DNA of 64,000 nt from Verrucomicrobiales bacterium. Its GTDB lineage: Bacteria > Verrucomicrobiota > Verrucomicrobiia > Verrucomicrobiales > DEV007. The notes below the pieces were generated by a model. It saw only the letters and a list, made by a program, of their open reading frames with translations, was not told the origin of the DNA and did not search any database. Below, one piece after another: positions 33,181 through 42,183 of the stretch (position 1 is the stretch's first letter; the number at the start of each line of letters is the position of its first letter). Position numbers and translations under genes: made by a program. Location of the stretch: positions 15,322-79,321 of the forward strand of contig JAEUHI010000073.1 of the NCBI GenBank assembly GCA_016795385.1. The letters are read 5' to 3'.

Positions 33181-34779
33181 TCACTCCCCGATTGGACCCT
33201 GTCGGACTTTTTCCCGCCATTCCTGCGGCATCGCGGAAATGTCGCTGTCATCGGCGTATTGGGAGCGCAGGGCTTCGAGCCGTTCTTTCAACTTCGCCAC
33301 TTCCGCGGCGTAGACAGGATTGTCGTATTGGCTGCGTTGCTCCTGCGGGTCGGCGTCCAGATCATAAAACTCCCACTCATCGAATTGATAGAAGTGGATC
33401 AACTTGAAGCGATCCGTCCGCACTCCGCGGTGCCGCGCCACCATGTGGACACTGGGATACTCGTAGTAGTGGTAGTAGATCGCATCGCGCCAGTCGCCGG
33501 GGCGTTCGCCTTTCAGCAGGGGGACGAGGGAACGTCCCTGGAGATCATCGGGGATCTTCGCGCCGGCGATTTCGAGGAAGGTCGAGGCGTAGTCGAGATT
33601 CTGCACGAGGTCGTGATTGCGCGATCCGGGCTTCACCACGCCGGGCCACTTCACGATCAGCGGCATCTCGAGCGAGGGCTCGTACATCCAGCGTTTGTCA
33701 TACCAGCCGCGGTCGCCGAGGTAAAAGCCCTGGTCGGCGGAGTAGATGACGATCGTGTTTTCATCGAGGTCGAGCTCCTCGAGCGTTTTCATGAGAGTCG
33801 CGACGCTTTCATCCACGCCCTTGATGCACGCGAGGTAATTGCGCATGTAGCGTTGATGTTTCCAGCGAACGAGGGCTTCGCCATAGAGATTGGCCTCGTG
33901 GAAAGCCTTGTCGAGCGGACCGTAGTAGTCTCGCCACGTCTTGAGCTGCTCCGGGGACATCCGCTTCATGTTCATCCAGGCCGATTTGTCCTGGGTCTTT
34001 TGAGAAGCGGGGGTATCGAACTCCGGCGTCAGATCGACGAAAAGGTCGTAGTTCAGATCCATGTGGCGGTCGATCTCGAGCTCCTGATACCGCGAGGGAG
34101 AGGCCTGACCCTCGTGTTTTGCAAAGAGCGTTGGCGGCTCGGGGATGAGCACGTCATCGAAGGCACCGAGGTGGCGAGGTGCCGGCATCCAGTTGCGATG
34201 CGGGGCCTTGTGCTGGACGCGGAGGAGGAAGGGCTTCTTCGGATCGCGTTTCTCTTTCAGCCACTCCACCGCCATGTCCGTGACGACATCGGTGCAGTAG
34301 CCGTCGATGCGCACTTTCCCCTCGGGCGTCAGGAAGTCGGGATTGTAATAGAGTCCCTGCCCCGGCAGAACCGCCCACTCGTCGTAGCCCTTCGGTTTTC
34401 CCTCGAGGTGGTATTTGCCGTAGAGCACGGTCTGGTAGCCGGATTGCTGGAGCAGCTTCGCGAAGGTCTGTTGATCCCAGTTGAATTGGTCGCCGTTCTG
34501 CCGGAAGCCGTTCAGGTGGCTGTGTTTGCCGGTCTCGATGACGGCGCGGACCGGGCCGCAGATCGAGTTCGTGCAATAGCTGCGCTCGAAGACCATCCCT
34601 TGAGCGGCGAGCTCGTCGATGTGCGGAGTGGGATTGACCGACTTGAGCCAGCGGTTGTAGGCACCGATGGCATTGGGGGAATGGTCGTCGGAAAAAATGA
34701 AGACGATGTTCGGCTGCTCCGCTGCCGGAGCGTAGGTGGCAGCAAGGGCGAGAGCGAGGATACAGAGGGATTTTCGCAT
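33181..34779 (-). CDS. sulfatase (formylglycine-dependent, arylsulfatase / N-acetylglucosamine-6-sulfatase-like)
   Basis: Signal peptide MRKSLCILALALAATYAPAAE. IVFIFSDDHSP and the C-x-P-x-R maturation motif in TNSICGPVRAVIETGKHSH. Start moved to the ATG at 34779. Confidence 0.85.
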   Translation of the reverse strand: MRKSLCILALALAATYAPAAEQPNIVFIFSDDHSPNAIGAYNRWLKSVNPTPHIDELAAQGMVFERSYCTNSICGPVRAVIETGKHSHLNGFRQNGDQFNWDQQTFAKLLQQSGYQTVLYGKYHLEGKPKGYDEWAVLPGQGLYYNPDFLTPEGKVRIDGYCTDVVTDMAVEWLKEKRDPKKPFLLRVQHKAPHRNWMPAPRHLGAFDDVLIPEPPTLFAKHEGQASPSRYQELEIDRHMDLNYDLFVDLTPEFDTPASQKTQDKSAWMNMKRMSPEQLKTWRDYYGPLDKAFHEANLYGEALVRWKHQRYMRNYLACIKGVDESVATLMKTLEELDLDENTIVIYSADQGFYLGDRGWYDKRWMYEPSLEMPLIVKWPGVVKPGSRNHDLVQNLDYASTFLEIAGAKIPDDLQGRSLVPLLKGERPGDWRDAIYYHYYEYPSVHMVARHRGVRTDRFKLIHFYQFDEWEFYDLDADPQEQRSQYDNPVYAAEVAKLKERLEALRSQYADDSDISAMPQEWREKVRQGPIGE

Positions 34780-34865
34780 GAAGAACTGTGGGCGGGAACG
34801 ATGGCGCGGCAAGGATTTTCGTCTGGCGTCTTGACTTCCCGGGACGTTCCCGACAGCCTCGCCCT

Positions 34866-36548
34866 ATGAAATCAAATGATCCGACGGGCCGCTTCCTCTG
34901 TGCCGTCCTGTTTCTGGTGACGCAAATCCTCCACGCGGATCCTGCGGCCGAGGCCGAGGCGCATCATCGATCGTTTCAGACGGACGGGGAGGGGATCGTG
35001 ATCGCGGAGATCGCGGATGCCGCCGCAACGTTCGGTCACGCGGGTAAACTGCGAGCGGAGGGTACGGCGGTCGATGCCGACACCCTTTTCGAGATCGGGT
35101 CGATCACCAAGGTTTTCACCGGCATCCTCCTCGCTGATGCCGTGCGACGGGGCGATGCCACGCTTGAGGATTCGATTGCCAAGCACCTCCCCACGGATCT
35201 CCTGCCGGTCGATTCGGTCTTGCGCGAGGTGACACTCCTCGATCTCGCGACCCACACCTCGGGGCTGCCGCGGCTGCCTTCGAACCTCGATGAAGGAGCC
35301 GTTCCCCTCGATCCCTACGCCCATTATTCGACGGAGAAATTGTATGCCTACCTGAAAGGGTTCCGGCCGGGTGACTTCGAAAGCCGGGGGAAGATGAGTT
35401 ATTCCAACCTCGGGGTGGGTTTGTTAGGACATCTCCTCGAACGGATTTCGGGAAAGCCTTACGAAAACCTCGCCCGGGAGACGATTTTCGAGCCGTTGGG
35501 GATGAAGGACAGCTTCGTGCTGCGGCGGCCGGGGGATCTTCCAGCCGATCGGGCCGGACGTTTTGCCGCCGGACACAGCGGCGGCAGGGAGGTGCCTCAC
35601 TGGCATCTCGACGCCCTCGCGGGAGCCGGAGCAATCGTTTCGACGGCGCGCGACCTCGCCCGTTTCGCCGAAGGGCACTGGTCGGAGAAAACTCCGCCGG
35701 AGCTCCGCTCCGCGATGGAACTCGCCGCCCAACCGCAGCGGAACGATGTCGGGCTCTGCTGGCTCATCGGCGGGTCGGGGCTCAGCCACGATGGCGGCAC
35801 CGGTGGCTTCCGCAGCGAAATGCGTCTTTCCCTCCCTGACAAAACCGCCACGATTCGCCTGATGAACGGGACCGGACCGGTCGCGAGTTCGGAAAGTGTC
35901 GGTGATTTCACGAACCTTTCCGGATTTTGGGAAGGAACCCTCGATGCCGGGAAGGTGAAGCTGCGCCAGGTCTTTCGCATCTCGGAGAGCGGACGCGTCG
36001 TCCTTCACAGCCTCGACCAGGGTGGGGCGGGCTTGCCCGCAGACAAAGCCATTTTTGAAAACGGGACTCTGCGGGCCGTCTTCAGCGGGATCGGGGGCAG
36101 CTTCGAGGCGAAGGTCGAAGGTGATTCACTGGTCGGTGTCTGGAAGCAAGGAGGTGAATTGCCTCTGACGCTGGTGCGAGCAGCCTCGCTGCCATCGGCA
36201 CTCGAGGAAGCGCTCGCGAAACGGATCACGGGCGATGTGTCGGAGTTGTCCGGATGGTGGTCGGGCTACCTCGGAGGCAAGTCCGGCCTCTTTGTCATCC
36301 TCGAAATCGAGTCCATCGGCAAGACGGGCGATGCGCGGCTCTACAGCCCCGACCAGACACCCGAGCCCTTTCCGGTGACGAGTCTCTCCTATATGGACGG
36401 GCAGTTGAAACTCGGGATCACCCCCATCGGCGCCGCCTTTGCCGCAAAATGGGACGAAGACGCAAAGCTCGCCGGAGCCTGGAAGCAGGGACCCTTGCCC
36501 CTGCCGCTCACTTTGACGAAGTCGGTTGAGCGGCCCTCGAGAGAATGA
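34866..36548 (+). CDS. serine hydrolase (class C beta-lactamase / PBP-related) with two C-terminal beta-barrel-like repeats
   Basis: SxxK motif in GSITKVFTG. YSN in MSYSNLGVG. HDGGTGGF in the KTG-equivalent position. Duplicated tail modules end GVWKQGGELPLTLVR / GAWKQGPLPLPLTLTK. Confidence 0.75.
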   Translation: MKSNDPTGRFLCAVLFLVTQILHADPAAEAEAHHRSFQTDGEGIVIAEIADAAATFGHAGKLRAEGTAVDADTLFEIGSITKVFTGILLADAVRRGDATLEDSIAKHLPTDLLPVDSVLREVTLLDLATHTSGLPRLPSNLDEGAVPLDPYAHYSTEKLYAYLKGFRPGDFESRGKMSYSNLGVGLLGHLLERISGKPYENLARETIFEPLGMKDSFVLRRPGDLPADRAGRFAAGHSGGREVPHWHLDALAGAGAIVSTARDLARFAEGHWSEKTPPELRSAMELAAQPQRNDVGLCWLIGGSGLSHDGGTGGFRSEMRLSLPDKTATIRLMNGTGPVASSESVGDFTNLSGFWEGTLDAGKVKLRQVFRISESGRVVLHSLDQGGAGLPADKAIFENGTLRAVFSGIGGSFEAKVEGDSLVGVWKQGGELPLTLVRAASLPSALEEALAKRITGDVSELSGWWSGYLGGKSGLFVILEIESIGKTGDARLYSPDQTPEPFPVTSLSYMDGQLKLGITPIGAAFAAKWDEDAKLAGAWKQGPLPLPLTLTKSVERPSRE

Positions 36549-36556
36549 AGATTCCG

Positions 36557-39079
36557 CTATTCCCCGAGCTGCTTTTTCACGTCATCCACCGTCAATCCGC
36601 CGACCGGCAGATCGTAGCCGAGGGTGTCGCCGTTGGGTTGGAATCCTCCTCCGTCGACGTCGATGAAGATGGGATTGTTGTAGGCGACGGGCTGTAGCTT
36701 CGCCTGGGCGCTCGACCCGAAGCCGGTCTTGAGGGTGTGCCTCTCGCCGATCGCGACGACGATGAGATGGGCGTCCTGCTGGAGATTCAGTTTCAAGGTT
36801 TGGTCGAACTTGACGACGTTGCTTTGGAACATGTCAGGATTCTTTTCGCGTGTGTAATTGTATTCGGGGATTTGGCGACCGTTCACGAGCACCTGCACCC
36901 GGTCGATATCGAGCCAGTCGTTGCACTGCACACGCACCTTCAACTCGACTGCTCCGCCGACGCGGTCAAGACCGCCCGCGATGATGCCGGCACCGGTCTC
37001 GACCTCGAGATACGGACCCGTCGAAAGGATCATGCGTCCGGCCTTGGCGTTCCGGCTCATCTCGCGCCAGTCGATCTTCGCGGGATCATCGGTGGAGCTT
37101 TTCACATAGGTCCGCCAGCCGCCTACGCCGTTGCCGTGGACCTGGTGGGCGTCACAAACGGCGATGACCTTGGGCGAGAGGCCCTGATTCAGCAACTGCA
37201 ACCAGATGAATTCCCGGATCGGGGAAACAACGCGACCGGGACCGCCGCCGCGCGCCGCCGTGAGTTTGTAGGGAGCGGTCGCGAGGATTTCGCTGGCGCT
37301 GTAGTTCTGAGTCTCAAGTCCGTCGATGAGGCCGCCAAAGTAGGCGAAACCGCCGTCGGTCTGGCCATTCTTGTCGCGGTCGATGAAGTTTTCGATCATG
37401 TCGGGGTGGTTGACATGGATCCAGCGATCGGGCTCGGCGCCCTGCCAATCGCGAAGCGTGATGGCGTTGAGGCGCGGATCCTTTTTCCAGACGGGGGCGC
37501 CCCAGTCCTGCAACGTCGGGTCGGGGGAGAGGGGGAAGGAATTGAAGTGGGCTCCAGCCCCTGTCAGCTCCATGCCGGGGACGGTTTTGAGGTAGGGTGC
37601 GAGCCCGAGCCGCTCGATGTGCGGAGCCCAGTCGTAAAGCCGGTTGTGCTCCGTCGTCGGAGCGAACTCGACATGCTCGCCGGCGAGATTGATGAGCCGG
37701 TCGTCGGTGCCGCAGGTGTTGTCGCCGCTCGGAGTCGAGTGATTGTGGAAATCGGTCGAGACCCAGCCGGGAGTCTTCACGATGCGGGCAATCTGGTTCG
37801 TGATTGTGTGGAGCGAGCCGGGCTTCAGTTCGACTTCGTGCCGGCGATGTTCATATTCGGGACCGCGTGTGACGATCACCTCATACTTTCCGGGCGGCAG
37901 AGGGACCTGGAACTTGCCCGTTTCCGAAAAATACTGATCGACACTGCCATGGGCCCGGTCCACGGGGCCGAGATTCGCCTGGGGAGTTTCTCCCATCGCA
38001 TTGAACTGGGCCTTGCACGGGATCGATTGCCCGGCCTCATCGGTGATCTCAAAGGCGATGGCCGATTCCGGACCAAAGGCGAAGGCTTTTGCGGTCGTGG
38101 ATCCCGCTGTCACTACCGCCTTTTCCGGAAGCGAGGCCCGGCCGATGTCCTCTCCGATGAGAACGTATTCACCCGCCGGGAGCGTGAGTTCGATGAGTCC
38201 CTTTGCATCAGGATAAGCGGGCACCGCTTTGGCAGGATCCTCGCCGATGAGGACGCGGCCGTCCGTGACCGGGGCCTTGGTTTGGGCGTCTGTCAGGGTG
38301 AGGGAGAGCGTCCCCGGCGTCGTGCCCTTCGACCGGTGGGCTTCGACCAATCCCACCGCCTGCGCGGGGGAGGAGGAAACCGCGAGGAAGCGCGCCACGG
38401 TGATCGAGGCACCCGGAGCGAGTTCGGCCTCCGGCTTCTCGGGAACGACGGCACCGCCCTCGGCGACCCAGGCGTGGGCGTAGCCGCACTTGTCGGCGGG
38501 ATTGATCGCGTCGGCCCAGTTGATCCCGTTGAAGACGCCTTTGCTTTTCATCTGCGTCCATTGATCGGCAAGAGGAACCTTGACGGCCTCCTTGCCTTCG
38601 TTCGTGATCGTGGAGACGATAAGCACCCCTGATTGGCCGTCCTTGAGGCGGTATTCGTGTCGTTTGGTCAGCCCTCCCGATTTCGCCGAAGAGGTGTAGG
38701 TCTCGAGAATGGCTTCGCCGTTCTTCCCGTCGTCGACGATGCGCACATGATTGATGGGGCCACGTTGACCCGAAGGAGCGAAGATCGTGATCTGGTCGTT
38801 CTCCTGACCGTGGAGGGTCAGGTCGTAGAGGCAACCCGGTGTGATGCCATCATCGCCGTAGAAGGTGCTCATGTTGGCACGGCGCAGGGGCAGATTGCCC
38901 GAAATCAGGGCGGAGACCTTGTCATTCCGGATCACGAAGTCGCCGACGATCCCGTCCGCTTCACGGCCCTTCGGGCGTTCGTCGAAGTTGGTTTTGCCCA
39001 GTTCAAAGACCTCGGCGGCGGCTGCTGGGATGGAAATGCAAAGGACGACTGCGGAATACAGGAGTGGAAAAGCCTTCAT
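36557..39079 (-). CDS. secreted protein with PHP (CehA/McbA-like metallo-phosphoesterase) domain and N-terminal beta-sandwich domains
   Basis: Signal peptide MKAFPLLYSAVVLCISIPAAAAE. PHP-type metal motif VSTDFHNHSTPSGD...EHVEFAPTTEHN. Function otherwise unknown. Confidence 0.5.
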   Translation of the reverse strand: MKAFPLLYSAVVLCISIPAAAAEVFELGKTNFDERPKGREADGIVGDFVIRNDKVSALISGNLPLRRANMSTFYGDDGITPGCLYDLTLHGQENDQITIFAPSGQRGPINHVRIVDDGKNGEAILETYTSSAKSGGLTKRHEYRLKDGQSGVLIVSTITNEGKEAVKVPLADQWTQMKSKGVFNGINWADAINPADKCGYAHAWVAEGGAVVPEKPEAELAPGASITVARFLAVSSSPAQAVGLVEAHRSKGTTPGTLSLTLTDAQTKAPVTDGRVLIGEDPAKAVPAYPDAKGLIELTLPAGEYVLIGEDIGRASLPEKAVVTAGSTTAKAFAFGPESAIAFEITDEAGQSIPCKAQFNAMGETPQANLGPVDRAHGSVDQYFSETGKFQVPLPPGKYEVIVTRGPEYEHRRHEVELKPGSLHTITNQIARIVKTPGWVSTDFHNHSTPSGDNTCGTDDRLINLAGEHVEFAPTTEHNRLYDWAPHIERLGLAPYLKTVPGMELTGAGAHFNSFPLSPDPTLQDWGAPVWKKDPRLNAITLRDWQGAEPDRWIHVNHPDMIENFIDRDKNGQTDGGFAYFGGLIDGLETQNYSASEILATAPYKLTAARGGGPGRVVSPIREFIWLQLLNQGLSPKVIAVCDAHQVHGNGVGGWRTYVKSSTDDPAKIDWREMSRNAKAGRMILSTGPYLEVETGAGIIAGGLDRVGGAVELKVRVQCNDWLDIDRVQVLVNGRQIPEYNYTREKNPDMFQSNVVKFDQTLKLNLQQDAHLIVVAIGERHTLKTGFGSSAQAKLQPVAYNNPIFIDVDGGGFQPNGDTLGYDLPVGGLTVDDVKKQLGE

Positions 39080-39210
39080 CCCGAGAGTCTTCCGAAAAAA
39101 TCGGACCCCGGATAGGAGAAACCTCACCACATCTGCGTGATTAGGCTAATTTTTGGGTCAGACCCATTATAAGATTGTATCTTGAACGCTTTGGATGTAA
39201 TTATTCGCAT

Positions 39211-40254
39211 ATGAGGGCAAAACGATTCATTGGAAATGGGAGGTCTTATTATCACGTGGTTTCTCGTGTCGTGGACAAGAGGAAAATCTTCTCCGCGCGG
39301 GACAAGGAGGTTTTTTGTCGCATCCTGCGGAATCTGGAGACGTTCGCAGGGGTTCGGGTGGTGACCTATTGCGTGATGTCGAATCACTTCCATCTGCTCC
39401 TCGAGATTCCTGAACGGGAAACGCTGGCTCCGCTCGATGAAGCCGGGCTTCTCGGGGTATTGCCCCTGCTCTACGACGGCGACACGGTCGAAGGGGTGCG
39501 CCAGGAACTGGAGCGGGCGCGGCTCTCGGAGGACGAAGGATGGCACGCGGCGATCCTCGCCCGCTACGAATACCGCCGCGGCAGCCTTTCCTTCTTTCTC
39601 AAGGATCTCAAGCAGCGCGTCACGGCCTACATGAACCGACGCCTCGACCGCAGCGGGACGCTCTGGGAGGGGCGTTTTAAAAGTGTGCTGGTCGAGGGCG
39701 GGGAACAGGCGTTGCTGACGGTCGCCGCCTACATCGATCTCAATCCGATACGGGCGGGTCTTGTGAAACGCCCGGAAGATTACCGATGGTGCGGTTACGC
39801 CGAGGCGGTTTCAGGCAGTCGCGGTTCGGAACGGGCCCGGTCGGGCTTGGGCTCGGTGCTGGCGGACGCTCTCCAGAATCCGTATTTCCGGGACGACTGG
39901 GCGGAAACACAGGCGCGATACCGGGTGCTGCTCTACAACGAAGGGCGGGAGCGGAGTGGCGGACCTGATTCAGCGACGCCGGGCCGTCCCGGTTTCGCCG
40001 AGAGCGAGGTGGAGGCGGTGGTGAAAGAGGGTGGCAATCGGAGCGTGGCGGAAGTCCTGCGGCAGCGGGTTCGCTATTTTTGCGATGGTGCGGTGCTGGG
40101 ATCAACGGATTTCGTGGAGGCCGTCTTTTCCCGGGAGCAGGCCCGGCGGCGGTTTGGTCCGAAACGGAAGACCGGTGCCCGCCGCATGCGAGGCGCGGAC
40201 TGGGGGAGTCTGAGAGTGCTGAGAGACTTGCAGAAGGAAGTGATCGGAGAATGA
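39211..40254 (+). CDS. IS200-like Y1 (HUH) transposase family protein, RAYT-like, with extended C-terminal region
   Basis: YHVVSRVVDKRKIF, the HUH motif in YCVMSNHFHLLLE, then TLWEGRFKSVLVE and AAYIDLNPIRAGLV..PEDYRWCGY. AT-rich flanks. Start at ATG 39211. Confidence 0.75.
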   Translation: MRAKRFIGNGRSYYHVVSRVVDKRKIFSARDKEVFCRILRNLETFAGVRVVTYCVMSNHFHLLLEIPERETLAPLDEAGLLGVLPLLYDGDTVEGVRQELERARLSEDEGWHAAILARYEYRRGSLSFFLKDLKQRVTAYMNRRLDRSGTLWEGRFKSVLVEGGEQALLTVAAYIDLNPIRAGLVKRPEDYRWCGYAEAVSGSRGSERARSGLGSVLADALQNPYFRDDWAETQARYRVLLYNEGRERSGGPDSATPGRPGFAESEVEAVVKEGGNRSVAEVLRQRVRYFCDGAVLGSTDFVEAVFSREQARRRFGPKRKTGARRMRGADWGSLRVLRDLQKEVIGE

Positions 40255-40270
40255 AAAGCCCGAGTCCCAC

Positions 40271-41320
40271 TCACTGCTGCGTCACCGACTCCGCTCCGAT
40301 GAGCATGCCGGGAAGGGAAAGGCTGATGTTCTCTCCGGTGTTCCCGGCGACGCGGGAGTCGGCGATCACATTTTCCGTGCAACTGGGGTCGTTGATGCGG
40401 ATGCCCTGGGTCTTGTTGCCGGTGATGGTGAGACGCTCGAAACGGTTCCGCTGGCAGGAGCTGCCGGGGATCTCGCGGGTCTCGGCGACGAAGAGACCTT
40501 GCTCGCCGTTGTCACGCAGATAGAGATTCCGGAAGACGTTCTCGTTGGAGTCGCGCATGAAGATGCCCTGGCTGCCATTGCGGGTCAGGGTCGAATCGGT
40601 GATGAGGTTGCGGTTGAATTTCCAATCGAGGGAGATTCCGGCACTGCGATTCGAGTGGAGGTGGAGCTGGGTGAAAAAGCTGTCTTCGGTCTCGTAGCAG
40701 GCGAGTCCGTCGAATTCGTTGTTGTAGGATTCGAGATCGACGATCTGGATGCGACGACAATACTTCTCGAGGACGACTCCTCCAGAGCGGCAGTTGTGCG
40801 TGGCGAGATTTTCGAGCCGGATGTCCTCGGCTCCGCGCACCGTGACGCCATTGTTGCGGATGAAGGTGAGCCCTCCCGTGTCGCAGGGACCTCCGCAGCA
40901 TTCGAATTGCTGGGCACCGCGATTCCCGTCGATGGAAAGATGTCCGACACGGATGTTGCGGACGATGCGCGAGACCGGAGTGGCGGTGCTGCCGACGACA
41001 ATGACGGAGGCATTCGCTCCATCGGTGAGGCGCAGGGTGGTCTCCGGTCCGATGCCGCGGAGTTCAACGCCGTCGCGATCGATGACGATCGCTTCGCTCA
41101 CCGGAAACAGGGTGGGACCCAGGACAATGACTCCACCGCCCTCCGGCAGGCTGCGGATGGCGGCGTTGATGGCATGGCCATCCCCTTGATCCAGATAGAC
41201 GGTCGGACGATCCGATGCCGGCGCGGGGCTGGCGGAATCCTGCCCGGCATCCGCGATGGAAACCACAAGGGCGAGGCAAAACATCGCCGGAGCGAATCGG
41301 GGAAAAGAGGGCATTTTCAT
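40271..41320 (-). CDS. secreted right-handed parallel beta-helix repeat protein (pectin-lyase fold / NosD-like)
   Basis: Signal peptide MKMPSFPRFAPAMFCLALVVSIADA. Repeated beta-helix turns (NIRVGHLSIDGN, DIRLENLATHN, IQIVDLESYNN, NLITDSTLTRN, NVFRNLYLRDN). The upstream 230 aa of track ORF 40271..42013 is a shadow of the TauE gene. Confidence 0.7.
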   Translation of the reverse strand: MKMPSFPRFAPAMFCLALVVSIADAGQDSASPAPASDRPTVYLDQGDGHAINAAIRSLPEGGGVIVLGPTLFPVSEAIVIDRDGVELRGIGPETTLRLTDGANASVIVVGSTATPVSRIVRNIRVGHLSIDGNRGAQQFECCGGPCDTGGLTFIRNNGVTVRGAEDIRLENLATHNCRSGGVVLEKYCRRIQIVDLESYNNEFDGLACYETEDSFFTQLHLHSNRSAGISLDWKFNRNLITDSTLTRNGSQGIFMRDSNENVFRNLYLRDNGEQGLFVAETREIPGSSCQRNRFERLTITGNKTQGIRINDPSCTENVIADSRVAGNTGENISLSLPGMLIGAESVTQQ

Positions 41321-41415
41321 CAGGCGTTTTTCCCCGGGTCGCCGGTGGAAGCGGGAAAGGTGCCCGGAATAGGTCCAATTGGCAAGTATTCTTGGTTCCG
41401 CGGGCTCAGCCGGGC

Positions 41416-42171
41416 TCAGCCGTGCCACTGATCCCAGAGCAATTTTCCGGTCAAGGTGAGGACGACGCCGATGAAAAGGGCGCGGATGAAGGGTGCGCCG
41501 TGCCGGATGGCCATGCCCGCGCCGAGCCTTCCGCCGAGGAGTTGTCCCGCGATCATCACCGCGGCGACATCGAAACGCACCAGGCCCGCGGAGAGAAAGA
41601 CGAGAAGGGAGGCGGCGTTGCTGGTGAGATTCGCGACTTTGGTGTAGGCGACGGCGCGCGTCAGTTCCATCCCGCGGAGGGCGACGCAGGCGAGTGTCCA
41701 GAAGGCTCCGGTGCCGGGTCCGAAAAAGCCGTCGTAGAATCCTAACAAACCTCCCGCGAAGAGGGCGAAGGCGGCGCTCGTGAGACGTTCGCGGCCGACC
41801 TCCGTTCCGATCTTCGGGCTCGCGAGCAGGTAGACGGCGAGTCCCAGGAGCAACCAGGGGACGACGCGGGCGAGGAACTCGTTGCTGACGAGAGTGACGA
41901 CCCAGGTCCCCGCCGCCGCGGCGAGAAAGGTGATGAAGATGGTGAGCCGCACCTCGCGCCAGTCGATGAGACCGGCGGTGGCATAACGACCCACGGCCAT
42001 GGCGGTGCCGCACACGCTCTGCATCTTGTTAGTCCCGAGAGCGGTCTGGGGATCGAGGCCGGCCCAGAGCAGGGCGGGCACGGTGATGAGACCACCGCCA
42101 CCGGCGATGGCGTCGATGAAGCCGGCGACAAGTCCAACGAAAAACAGCAGCACGAGGATTTCCCAGACCAT
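41416..42171 (-). CDS. TauE/SafE family sulfite / organosulfonate exporter-like membrane protein
   Basis: MVWEILVLLFFVGLVAGFIDAIAGGGGLITVPALLWAGLDPQTALGTNK is the canonical DUF81/TauE N-terminus. About 8 TM segments. Confidence 0.8.
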   Translation of the reverse strand: MVWEILVLLFFVGLVAGFIDAIAGGGGLITVPALLWAGLDPQTALGTNKMQSVCGTAMAVGRYATAGLIDWREVRLTIFITFLAAAAGTWVVTLVSNEFLARVVPWLLLGLAVYLLASPKIGTEVGRERLTSAAFALFAGGLLGFYDGFFGPGTGAFWTLACVALRGMELTRAVAYTKVANLTSNAASLLVFLSAGLVRFDVAAVMIAGQLLGGRLGAGMAIRHGAPFIRALFIGVVLTLTGKLLWDQWHG

Positions 42172-42183
42172 CGGATCGATTTG

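Noticed and set aside
41321-42013. N-terminal 230 aa of track ORF 40271..42013
   Set aside because: This part overlaps the TauE gene in another frame and is Arg/Pro-rich. The real beta-helix protein starts at ATG 41320 with a signal peptide.
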